DNA of 64,000 nucleotides from Candidatus Woesebacteria bacterium (GTDB lineage Bacteria; Patescibacteriota; Microgenomatia; UBA8517): NCBI GenBank assembly GCA_003484955.1, contig DMZH01000001.1, positions 151,848 to 215,847 of the forward strand, read 5' to 3'. Shown piece by piece: positions 29,560 to 37,419 of this stretch (position 1 is its first letter; each line of letters starts with the position of its first letter). The notes under the pieces were generated by a model. It saw only the letters and a program-made list of their open reading frames with translations, ran no database searches and was not told where the DNA came from. The position numbers and the translations under genes were made by a program.

Positions 29560-30380
29560 TATTTCTTTATGAGACTAGATTTTACCAGATTTATCGCGGG
29601 CGTCAAACCTCCCCAACCGGACATTGAAACCTGTTGCCAAACATTAACCAGCGAATAAACCAGCCAATAAAGCGCCAGTCCGGATGGAAGACTTAACCCA
29701 AAAATTAAAGTCATTAAAGGCATCATGTAAGTCATGGACTTTTGCATAGCAACCTGAGTATCGTCAAGTGTGCCCTTGGATTTTTTGGCAATTTTTTGTT
29801 CTTTTGCCATGTATGGGCTTGTTATTTTCACGGACAAAAACTGCGCAACGGTTGCGAGAATTAAGAATAATCCCGGTATACCGAACGGTATACCCTGAAT
29901 GTGAAAAGCGTCCGGTTTGCTTATGTCTAAATATAAGAAGCGCGTATTGAGTGGTTGATCGTCCGAAAACTTAAGAGGAGCGTATAAAAGATTATTAAGC
30001 TTTCCTGATGCTATATCTTGACTGGATAAAGCTGCTGTAAAAACCTGGAAAAGGGCAATCAATACCAAAAACTGCAATATATAAGGGAGACATCCTGCCG
30101 TTGGGTTGATTTTGTTTTGTTTATAAAGTTCTGCTTGTGCTTGTGAGATCTTTACCTTGTCACTTCCGTATTTTTTCCTAAGCTTCGCAAGCTGTGGCTC
30201 CATCTCCTTAATTCTTTTCATCGATTCCATGTATGGCTTTGTAAGAGGTCTCAGGAGAAAAATTAAAAATACGCTAAAAAGAATAATTGCAATTCCAAGA
30301 TTTTGTCCCAAATACTTATAAAAAAGAATAAGACCGTTTGTTAATGGTTGAACCAGTATTGTTGTAAAAATATTTCCCAT
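29559..30380 (-). CDS. yidC: membrane protein insertase YidC (short Gram-positive/SpoIIIJ-like form)
   Basis: 273 aa with five TM helices and a conserved C-terminal region (MTYMMPLMTLIFGLSLPSGLALYWLVYSL). Confidence 0.85.
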   Translation of the reverse strand: MGNIFTTILVQPLTNGLILFYKYLGQNLGIAIILFSVFLIFLLRPLTKPYMESMKRIKEMEPQLAKLRKKYGSDKVKISQAQAELYKQNKINPTAGCLPYILQFLVLIALFQVFTAALSSQDIASGKLNNLLYAPLKFSDDQPLNTRFLYLDISKPDAFHIQGIPFGIPGLFLILATVAQFLSVKITSPYMAKEQKIAKKSKGTLDDTQVAMQKSMTYMMPLMTLIFGLSLPSGLALYWLVYSLVNVWQQVSMSGWGGLTPAINLVKSSLIKK

Positions 30381-30383
30381 TTA

Positions 30384-30608
30384 TTATTTATTTACGGGAT
30401 CAAATCCGTAACCTCCCCAAGGATGGCATTTACCGAGCCTTTTTAAACCCATTTCCAAACCTTTGGGAAAACCAAATTTTTCCAAGGCCTCAATTGTATA
30501 CTCCGAACAGGTCGGTGTAAAACGGCAGGCTTTACCAAAAACAGTCTCCAGAACCGGAGAGATAAATTTTTTATAAAAGCCTAATACAAAGATCAATATT
30601 TTTTTCAT
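30384..30608 (-). CDS. yidD: membrane protein insertion efficiency factor YidD
   Basis: 74 aa, FISPVLETVFGKACRFTPTCSEYTIEALEKFG...GKCHPWGGYGFDPV. Matches YidD, including the conserved Cys residues. Confidence 0.85.
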   Translation of the reverse strand: MKKILIFVLGFYKKFISPVLETVFGKACRFTPTCSEYTIEALEKFGFPKGLEMGLKRLGKCHPWGGYGFDPVNK

Positions 30609-30949
30609 TTCATTAGTCCCGCTTTTCTAAGCGAGAAACGAACCTCTTTCATTATGTCTGTCGTTGAAACTCTGTAGATGCTTGTCTTTGCCAAAAAAAC
30701 CACATCGTATCCTTGAACAAGATTTATACTGTCGATTCGAACAGCCTCACTCATCGCTCTTTTGAATCTGTTCCTATCAACCGCGTCTTTTGCGATTTTT
30801 GTAGAGACTATAAATCCGAATTTACTGGGTTCACTGTCCCCTCTTTCTACATAAGCTATTCCGAAACTGTCTGATTGAAACACTTTTCCCTCGGTTTGAA
30901 CCCTGGCATAATCCTTTGCACCGGTAAGTTTAAATTTTTTTGCAAGCAT
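30605..30949 (-). CDS. rnpA: RNase P protein component
   Basis: 114 aa and basic. Contains the RNR-like motif (AVDRNRFKRAM). Positioned between rpmH and yidD. Confidence 0.85.
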   Translation of the reverse strand: MLAKKFKLTGAKDYARVQTEGKVFQSDSFGIAYVERGDSEPSKFGFIVSTKIAKDAVDRNRFKRAMSEAVRIDSINLVQGYDVVFLAKTSIYRVSTTDIMKEVRFSLRKAGLMK

Positions 30950-30960
30950 ATAATCGGAGC

Positions 30961-31101
30961 TTAAACAGAAAGATGTTTTCTCCCCTTTAATCTTCGTCTT
31001 TTGAGTATATTTCTGCCGGATTTGGTGCTCATTCTGACTCTGAAGCCGTGTGCTCTGACTCTCTTAATTTTACTGGGTTGATAGGTTCTCTTGGTTGCCA
31101 T
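30961..31101 (-). CDS. rpmH: 50S ribosomal protein L34
   Basis: Not in the ORF track because it is under 60 aa. Reverse-strand translation gives [46 protein letters not shown], with a TAA stop at 30961-30963. Confidence 0.9.
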   Translation of the reverse strand: MATKRTYQPSKIKRVRAHGFRVRMSTKSGRNILKRRRLKGRKHLSV

Positions 31102-31144
31102 GACGTTTATTATAGTTTAACTATTAAATTTTGGCAATTGGGGC

Positions 31145-31180
31145 TTGACGAATTGTGGATAACTCGTTAATAGTACATAG
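31145..31180 (+). promoter_or_regulatory. putative dnaA promoter with embedded DnaA box
   Basis: TTGACG (31145-31150), a 17-nt spacer, then a TTAATA -10-like element. The spacer contains TTGTGGATAA (31153-31162), the reverse complement of the consensus DnaA box TTATCCACA. This arrangement is typical of autoregulated dnaA promoters. Confidence 0.5.
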
Positions 31181-31270
31181 TACAAAGTACCTAGAAATTA
31201 GAGGGGAACTTCCACAACGTCCCGCCCAGACACTCACTGTACTACGTACTAAGTACTCTGCACTAATATC

Positions 31271-32632
31271 ATGAATAATGAACAAGTTTGGAAAGATTCG
31301 CTAGAGATCATAAAGGTCACAGTTTCACCTGCAATATTTTCTACCTGGTTCTCACAGACCCATCTTGTTTCCATAGAAGATCTAAGCGAGAGGACTATTG
31401 TTGAAATAGGGTGTCCCACTTCTTTCGCAAAAAACACCATTGAAGCAAGATATTTCGGTTTGGTCCAGGACTCATTATCAAAAGTGGTAGGAAAGAAGTG
31501 TGATTTGACTTTTATGGTTAAATCAAATCCCAAAATAATTAAGGACATGTTAGGGGAGGCCTCTCCGCTCTTTTCGGTTGAAAAAGATGAAAAAAGTTCT
31601 CTTGAGGTTTTACAAAGAGCAAGAGTAAGGCCGAGTTTCACCTTTGAAAATTTTGCAGTTTCTTCTTCAAACCAAATGGCCCATGCCGCAGCAGAGGCGG
31701 TTTCTAAAAACTTGGGGTCTGCATATAACCCTCTTTTCATTTGGGGTGGGGTAGGAGTCGGAAAAACTCATCTTATGGTTTCCGTGGGAAACTCCATTCT
31801 AAGAAAAGATCCTGAAAAAAAAGTACTTTTTTGCACCGGAGAGGATTTCACAAATGATATTGTTGAGGGTATCAGAAACAAGACAACACAGGCCTTTAGA
31901 AACAAATACAGGAAGCTTGATTTACTTCTTATTGACGATATTCAATTTATTGCCGGCAAAGTCACCGTACAGGAAGAATTTTTCCATACTTTCAATTCAG
32001 TTACTTCTGTCGGAGGACAGATTATATTAACCTCCGATAGACCTCCTTCCGAAATTTCTAAACTTGAAGAAAGACTCAGAAGCCGATTCGAAGCCGGGCT
32101 TATCGTGGATATAGCACCACCCGATTTTGAACTAAGATGTGCAATTACCCAAATTAAAGCAAGAGAAAAGGGGGTTGATATATCTTCTGAACAAGTTCAA
32201 ATGATTGCGGCAAATACTGAATCCGCCAGAAAAATTGAGGGAATTCTGACAAGAATTTTAACCGAGATACACATAAAGAATGTTATCGTTACAAACGAAT
32301 TAATCGAGTCAATGTTTTCAAAAAGCCTAGAAACTTCAGGAAAAATAAGTCGAAGTTCTCCCGATGAGGTTGTCGATGCTGTTTCCAAATACTTCCAGAT
32401 AGGAAAGAGGTTGCTTTTAGGGGAGAGTAGGGCGCGACCCATCGCAAGACCAAGACAAGTTTTAATGTATATATTAAGAACTCATTTAGGAATTCCTTTG
32501 GAGGAAATTGGGAGAGTGGTCGGAGGAAGAGACCATACTACGGTAATGCACGCTGTGGAAAAGATAACAGGATTAGCCACAATCGATGTGCAAATCCGTG
32601 AGGATATTTTGAAGATAAAACAAACCATTTGA
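31271..32632 (+). CDS. dnaA: chromosomal replication initiator DnaA
   Basis: 453 aa. AAA+ Walker A GGVGVGKTHL and Walker B LLLIDDIQF. The C-terminal domain IV DnaA signature is MYILRTHLGIPLEEIGRVVGGRDHTTVMHAVEKI. Confidence 0.95.
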   Translation: MNNEQVWKDSLEIIKVTVSPAIFSTWFSQTHLVSIEDLSERTIVEIGCPTSFAKNTIEARYFGLVQDSLSKVVGKKCDLTFMVKSNPKIIKDMLGEASPLFSVEKDEKSSLEVLQRARVRPSFTFENFAVSSSNQMAHAAAEAVSKNLGSAYNPLFIWGGVGVGKTHLMVSVGNSILRKDPEKKVLFCTGEDFTNDIVEGIRNKTTQAFRNKYRKLDLLLIDDIQFIAGKVTVQEEFFHTFNSVTSVGGQIILTSDRPPSEISKLEERLRSRFEAGLIVDIAPPDFELRCAITQIKAREKGVDISSEQVQMIAANTESARKIEGILTRILTEIHIKNVIVTNELIESMFSKSLETSGKISRSSPDEVVDAVSKYFQIGKRLLLGESRARPIARPRQVLMYILRTHLGIPLEEIGRVVGGRDHTTVMHAVEKITGLATIDVQIREDILKIKQTI

Positions 32633-32837
32633 AAATAATTTTTAGGTTTTCTGACTTATCAACAACAAGATTCAATTTATCCACAAATCTATTCACAATT
32701 GTCTATGCCTGTCATCAACACAAAATCATCCCGAAAAGTAAATTTAAAATCTAATATTTTTCAACTTATCAACCATCTCTACTACTAGAACTACTAGTTA
32801 ATATATGATAAACAAAGAAAAGAAAAATTAACGAAAT
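32633..32837. promoter_or_regulatory. putative oriC: DnaA-box cluster plus AT-rich unwinding element in the dnaA-dnaN spacer
   Basis: Perfect DnaA box TTATCCACA at 32677-32685. Degenerate boxes TTATCAACA (32656-32664), TATTCACAA (32690-32698), TCATCAACA (32712-32720) and TTATCAACC (32766-32774). AT-rich run at 32735-32768. Direct CTACTAG repeat at 32781-32797. Confidence 0.6.
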
Positions 32838-33950
32838 ATGAAATTGCAAGTACTTCAGGAAAATTTGGAAAAAGCAGTCAGTATAACAACAAGGTTCGCT
32901 AGTACTAAAGCACAGCTTCCTATTTTGGGAAACATTCTTTTATCTGCAAAAAAAAACAAAATATTCATATCTTCAACAAACCTGGAAATATCGGCATCAG
33001 TACAAATCGGGGCGAAGGTTGAGAAAGAGGGGGAGATAAGTATTCCCGCAAAAGTTATTACAGACCTTGTTTCCAATCTACCTAAAGAAACAATAAACCT
33101 TGAATCCGAAAAAGAACAATTAAAAGTTTCAACGACAGGGTTCTCGTCTACTATCTTAGGGATTGATCCTACAGATTTTCCGAAGGTTCCCAACACACTA
33201 AACAATAAAAACACTATCGTTTTTTCCAAAAAAGAGATTTCTGATTCTTTGAATAAAGTTATTTTTGCCACCTCGGTTGATGAAACAAGACCGATCTTGA
33301 CGGGAGCCCTTTTTATATTGGATAAAGATTCCCTGTCCTTGGTCGCCACGGATGGTTTTAGGCTTTCCAAAAAAGTTATTCCTCTTAAAGACTCTAAAAG
33401 TGAGAAAAAAACCGTAGTTATTCCAAAAGGTGTTTTAGGGGAAATTAATAGAGGAATTTTTGAAGCCGATGAGATTCTTTTTGATTTGGAAGAAAATGAA
33501 AAACAAATTATTTTTGGGATAGAAGATACTGTTTTAACATCCAGACTATTAGAGGGAGAGTATCCTGATTTTGAAAAGATAATTCCCAAAGAGTCTAATA
33601 TTAAAATTACATTGGATAAAGAAGAGTTTTTGAGGGCGGTGAAGCTTGCCTCAATCTTTGCCAGAGAATCCGCGAATGTTGTAAAAATTAAAATTTTGAA
33701 AGATTTGATAAAAGTTTCGGCTGAAAGTAGCGCAGCGGGGAGCCAGGAAACTAAAGTTGATGCAAAAGTAGATAAAGGAAATACTGAAGAGTTTGAGATT
33801 GCTTTTAACTACAGATATATAGAAGATTTCCTATATTCTGTAGTAGGGGAGGAAATAAAAATGGAGTTTTTGAATTCGACATCTGCAGGAGTCTTTAGAG
33901 ATACGGGGGACTCCAACTATCTTCACTTGATCATGCCGGTAAAAATATAA
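32838..33950 (+). CDS. dnaN: DNA polymerase III beta sliding clamp
   Basis: 370 aa, MKLQVLQENLEKAVSITTRF...ILGNILLSAKKNKIFISSTNLEIS. Three-domain clamp architecture, following dnaA. Confidence 0.9.
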   Translation: MKLQVLQENLEKAVSITTRFASTKAQLPILGNILLSAKKNKIFISSTNLEISASVQIGAKVEKEGEISIPAKVITDLVSNLPKETINLESEKEQLKVSTTGFSSTILGIDPTDFPKVPNTLNNKNTIVFSKKEISDSLNKVIFATSVDETRPILTGALFILDKDSLSLVATDGFRLSKKVIPLKDSKSEKKTVVIPKGVLGEINRGIFEADEILFDLEENEKQIIFGIEDTVLTSRLLEGEYPDFEKIIPKESNIKITLDKEEFLRAVKLASIFARESANVVKIKILKDLIKVSAESSAAGSQETKVDAKVDKGNTEEFEIAFNYRYIEDFLYSVVGEEIKMEFLNSTSAGVFRDTGDSNYLHLIMPVKI

Positions 33951-33952
33951 AA

Positions 33953-34516
33953 CTACTGGCCCTCGACGGGATTTTCCGAAAAGGCTTGTCCGAAACTTGT
34001 TTTAAATTCATTAAAAGTTGTTGGTTTAAAATACCAAATCTCCAATATAATTCCCGATCCCTGGTGTCCAATGTATGCAAGTCCCTTATCTGGATAAATA
34101 TAAAGATTAAATCCGCTGTATGAACTTGATTTATATAAAACGTTTTTGTAATTGCCGTATTTTTCATTTATGCTCGAGATCGTAACATCGTCTTTTGATG
34201 AAACAATTTGTTTAACCAAGGTTAGTATTCCTGAATCCATAGAAAATTGGTTATTAAAGTTTGGATTGTTTGATTCATATTCAAGTGTTGTGATTGTATC
34301 GCTTCTGTTTTCTTTTACTGCGGTTCCCATTTGGCCAATAACATCATCTTCAGTACTAATACCGGGTGTGAGATTGTTATATGAGGCTCCGGTTTCGGGA
34401 ATTTTGGTTTTTCGATTAGTGCCTCCTCCACCGGAAAGGGAAATGTAGACAATATACAATATCGATAACAGCGAAATTACGGCGATTGCTAAGATTACCT
34501 TCTTGTTTTTAAGCAT
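33953..34516 (-). CDS. hypothetical membrane-anchored extracellular protein (last gene of the T4SS-like operon)
   Basis: 187 aa with an N-terminal signal anchor and a GGGG linker. No recognisable motif. Separated by 15 nt from the upstream 950-aa gene. Confidence 0.35.
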   Translation of the reverse strand: MLKNKKVILAIAVISLLSILYIVYISLSGGGGTNRKTKIPETGASYNNLTPGISTEDDVIGQMGTAVKENRSDTITTLEYESNNPNFNNQFSMDSGILTLVKQIVSSKDDVTISSINEKYGNYKNVLYKSSSYSGFNLYIYPDKGLAYIGHQGSGIILEIWYFKPTTFNEFKTSFGQAFSENPVEGQ

Positions 34517-34530
34517 ATTTATATTTTACC

Positions 34531-37383
34531 CTAATTAAAAACATATCTCATTAAAAATTGATAATGAATTGGCCATTTTTGTTGGACGTTTCCACACCTA
34601 GGTTGGATAACATAGAGAGCTATTGCCTCCGGTAAAGATTCTCCATCATTCCAATTTTTGGTAGCACCGTAGAAACAGTAAGGAGACTCACTTGTTATTC
34701 CCGGATACTCTAAATACAACTGATAGAGTTTTGCGGTTTTATTTCCCCACGATAATGAATGTCCCAGTTCGTGAGAAAGGGTATAAAGGGCATCTGCCTG
34801 GTTTTTAACACCAAGTTTATAAAAATCTACATAACTTCCATGATTCCATCCCCAAAAGCTTTCAAACGAGATGGGGTTATACCTAAGAGGTAATGATGGA
34901 TAAGACATACAGACTTTTGAAATATAGCTGCCGTATTTTGAAACCATCACACCTCTTGCATTAACAATGTTGGCATAATATTCTGATGGCCAAGCTTTGG
35001 AATCGATATTTAAACATGCAGCCGGGGGAGTGCCTATTGATATAGAAGCCGCGCCGGACACTTCTTGTTGGGCAGCTTCTTCCGAATCTGCTATGACAGT
35101 AAAAGTGTCTAAAATAACGGAATCTTTATAATCATTTCCGGAATAATTTTCAGTATAAGTAAAAACATAAGGGATGCTGGGAGATATTGAATCAGGAATG
35201 TTGGTGGGTACTTCAGATGGGCATGTTTTTGCCGGACCCGTCGAAAATATTTGGCAGTCATTTTTGAAGGCAATATTTGTTAAGAGACTTTTCTTTGCAG
35301 TGACAGTAATGGTATAGCTAATTTGCAATGGTAATTCCGTATTTTTAAATGGTCCCTGAGGACTTGCTGCTTTGTCAACTTGAATGTAGGGGTTCGAACT
35401 TAAAGTTGTTATTTGTGTAGGGGGTACAACATAAGCGCCGGAATTGATGATAAAAAGAATAAGAGCAACTACCACAGGGAAAACCAAAAGGGTTACCAAA
35501 ACAGGTGTTCCGATCGAGACAAGAACCGCCCCTCCAAGGGTTGTAAAAAACCTGCCGATACTTGATCCGACAGTACCCAGGTTGATCGTTCCACCTGCGG
35601 CCGCCGATGCTAGACCGTAGGATCCGACCCCAGCCACGATTCCTACAACAGGCCCTGCAATTGCAAAAGATCCAATTCCCAGAACGGTTCCCATTATGTA
35701 GGGAGCATTTTTTTTGATTTTGTCCCAGGGAATTTTACTTGCAATCCAGCCAACTGCCGCACCGATTGCGGCTGTTACTATTGCGAGCGGACCGCCGGCC
35801 AGTCCTATTGCCGCACCTGTTCCGGCACCGGTAGTTGCACCGCCAGCTGCTCCTACTGCAGTTCCAGTTGCCCCACCCGCTGCAGCTCCGACACCTGTTC
35901 CGATGGCTTCACCGGCAATCACACCTCCAACCCCGGCAGTCACAACTCCAGTTTCCAAAGCGGCGGCTCCAGCAATGGCGCTGACCCCCTCGGTGGCTAC
36001 AATGGCCGTACTTGCAACCTCAGTCGCAGCCGGTGTTATAAACGTAAAACCAAAATTAATCCCTAATGAGCTTCCTAGCCCTTCAAAAAAAGTTGAGGCG
36101 CCTGGTATTTGCTGAATAATAGAAATAAAAATACCGCCTCCAAAAGGGGTGTACTTGGTTAGTCCAACAACAGAAAGAGCTTGTTGTCCAATTTCACTGT
36201 TGTATATTCCCGTAATTAAACTGTCGGCGGGTAATTTCACAATTTGAGAGTCGATAAAATTGCGGGCCTGTCCAAGCAGAAAACTTTGAGCCTGATCTTT
36301 ACCAAATGAGGTTACATTATCCAGAAAGTTTGATTGAGATTGAAGAAGATTTGAATAGCCGTCGCTCAGGCGATGAAGATTGATTTCGTGTGTATATCCC
36401 TCTACCGGTTGGGTAGTGAGTGTAACTTTAATTTCATCCGGATCGGGTCCAAAAACTGCAGCAGCCAGACCGCCATTTACAGACGCAAGAATGTTTCTGC
36501 TTAGTTGAGTGGAGTTATTAAAGAAAGTTAATTCTCGTGTAGCTGTTTTTAAAGAGTTCTGTACGTTTGTGTCCGAACTAATACCCTTGACGATATTAGT
36601 TTCTTTAGAGACAGACCTCAGAATGGCCGTTTGAAAAGTTGTTTCTATCTGCTGTGAGGGATTGTTAATTGCAAATACTGTGTCGTTTGCTGTTTTGTCA
36701 GCCAAAACCGCAATTTCTTCCTCAGACATATTTTTAGCAAATTCGCTCGAGTGAATTTTTACCTTTACAATATTGGAAATTTCTTTCCTGAAAGATTGGG
36801 GATATGTTTTAGCTTTCTCGATAAACTGTTTGGTGTTTTCATCCGGTGTTTGGGCTTGAGGAGTCTCAACTTTTACATAAATTTTTTTATCTTCCAAAAA
36901 ACTTTGTATTTCTTTTTGTTTTTGTATTTTTTCTTCAAAGGACTTTTTTGTTCTTTCGATTTCTTGTTGTCTTTTATAAATTTCCTGTTTTTTTCTGAAA
37001 GCCTCCTCAACATTTTTTTGAGCACTTTTTTGAGTTTCTTTTAGTCCAATCTCTCTTTTTAGTCTTTCAGCCTCCTGTTGTTCCCTTGCTACTTTGTCGG
37101 GCATGTTTGATTCGGTTGGTTTTTCCCCGCCTGTAGATTCTGAAGCAAGTTCTTCTACGGCAAGTTCTGCCTTTTTGATGTTTGCAAAATCTTTTTCTGA
37201 TTTGATGGATATCCCTGTAAGACGATAAACAAAATCTATAAAGTCACGCCTATCTTTCCAGTTAAATTCTCCCGAGATGTAAGGTTTGTCTGCTGAATAA
37301 ATTGCATCTTCCGGGAAAAAATGGGCAAACGCATACCTTAAGTAATTTATGTTTTCCGGAGTTAAACTGATTTTATTTGCCAT
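34531..37383 (-). CDS. large hypothetical membrane protein: N-terminal coiled-coil, central Gly/Ala glycine-zipper TM region, C-terminal HExxH metallopeptidase-like motif
   Basis: 950 aa. Residues ~100-180 are K/E/Q-rich coiled coil. Residues ~440-640 are G/A/V/I-rich with repeated GxxxG (AGVGGVIAGEAIGTGVGAAAGGATGTAVGAAGG...). The C-terminal segment LYTLSHELGHSLSWGN contains HExxH. Directly downstream of virB4-like in the same orientation. Confidence 0.45.
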   Translation of the reverse strand: MANKISLTPENINYLRYAFAHFFPEDAIYSADKPYISGEFNWKDRRDFIDFVYRLTGISIKSEKDFANIKKAELAVEELASESTGGEKPTESNMPDKVAREQQEAERLKREIGLKETQKSAQKNVEEAFRKKQEIYKRQQEIERTKKSFEEKIQKQKEIQSFLEDKKIYVKVETPQAQTPDENTKQFIEKAKTYPQSFRKEISNIVKVKIHSSEFAKNMSEEEIAVLADKTANDTVFAINNPSQQIETTFQTAILRSVSKETNIVKGISSDTNVQNSLKTATRELTFFNNSTQLSRNILASVNGGLAAAVFGPDPDEIKVTLTTQPVEGYTHEINLHRLSDGYSNLLQSQSNFLDNVTSFGKDQAQSFLLGQARNFIDSQIVKLPADSLITGIYNSEIGQQALSVVGLTKYTPFGGGIFISIIQQIPGASTFFEGLGSSLGINFGFTFITPAATEVASTAIVATEGVSAIAGAAALETGVVTAGVGGVIAGEAIGTGVGAAAGGATGTAVGAAGGATTGAGTGAAIGLAGGPLAIVTAAIGAAVGWIASKIPWDKIKKNAPYIMGTVLGIGSFAIAGPVVGIVAGVGSYGLASAAAGGTINLGTVGSSIGRFFTTLGGAVLVSIGTPVLVTLLVFPVVVALILFIINSGAYVVPPTQITTLSSNPYIQVDKAASPQGPFKNTELPLQISYTITVTAKKSLLTNIAFKNDCQIFSTGPAKTCPSEVPTNIPDSISPSIPYVFTYTENYSGNDYKDSVILDTFTVIADSEEAAQQEVSGAASISIGTPPAACLNIDSKAWPSEYYANIVNARGVMVSKYGSYISKVCMSYPSLPLRYNPISFESFWGWNHGSYVDFYKLGVKNQADALYTLSHELGHSLSWGNKTAKLYQLYLEYPGITSESPYCFYGATKNWNDGESLPEAIALYVIQPRCGNVQQKWPIHYQFLMRYVFN

Positions 37384-37419
37384 AATTATTTATTGGAGTA
37401 TTTTTACTCATCATCATTT

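Noticed and set aside
31249-31740. 163-aa minus-strand ORF overlapping the start of dnaA
   Set aside because: It is entirely antisense to the well-conserved DnaA N-terminus and has no independent support.
32855-33589. 244-aa minus-strand ORF antisense to dnaN
   Set aside because: The dnaN reading frame is conserved. The antisense ORF is compositionally atypical (Ser/Phe-rich).
35714-36115. 133-aa Ala/Pro-rich ORF on the plus strand
   Set aside because: It lies opposite the Gly/Ala-codon-rich glycine-zipper segment of the 950-aa gene. GCN/GGN repeats automatically give an open antisense frame.
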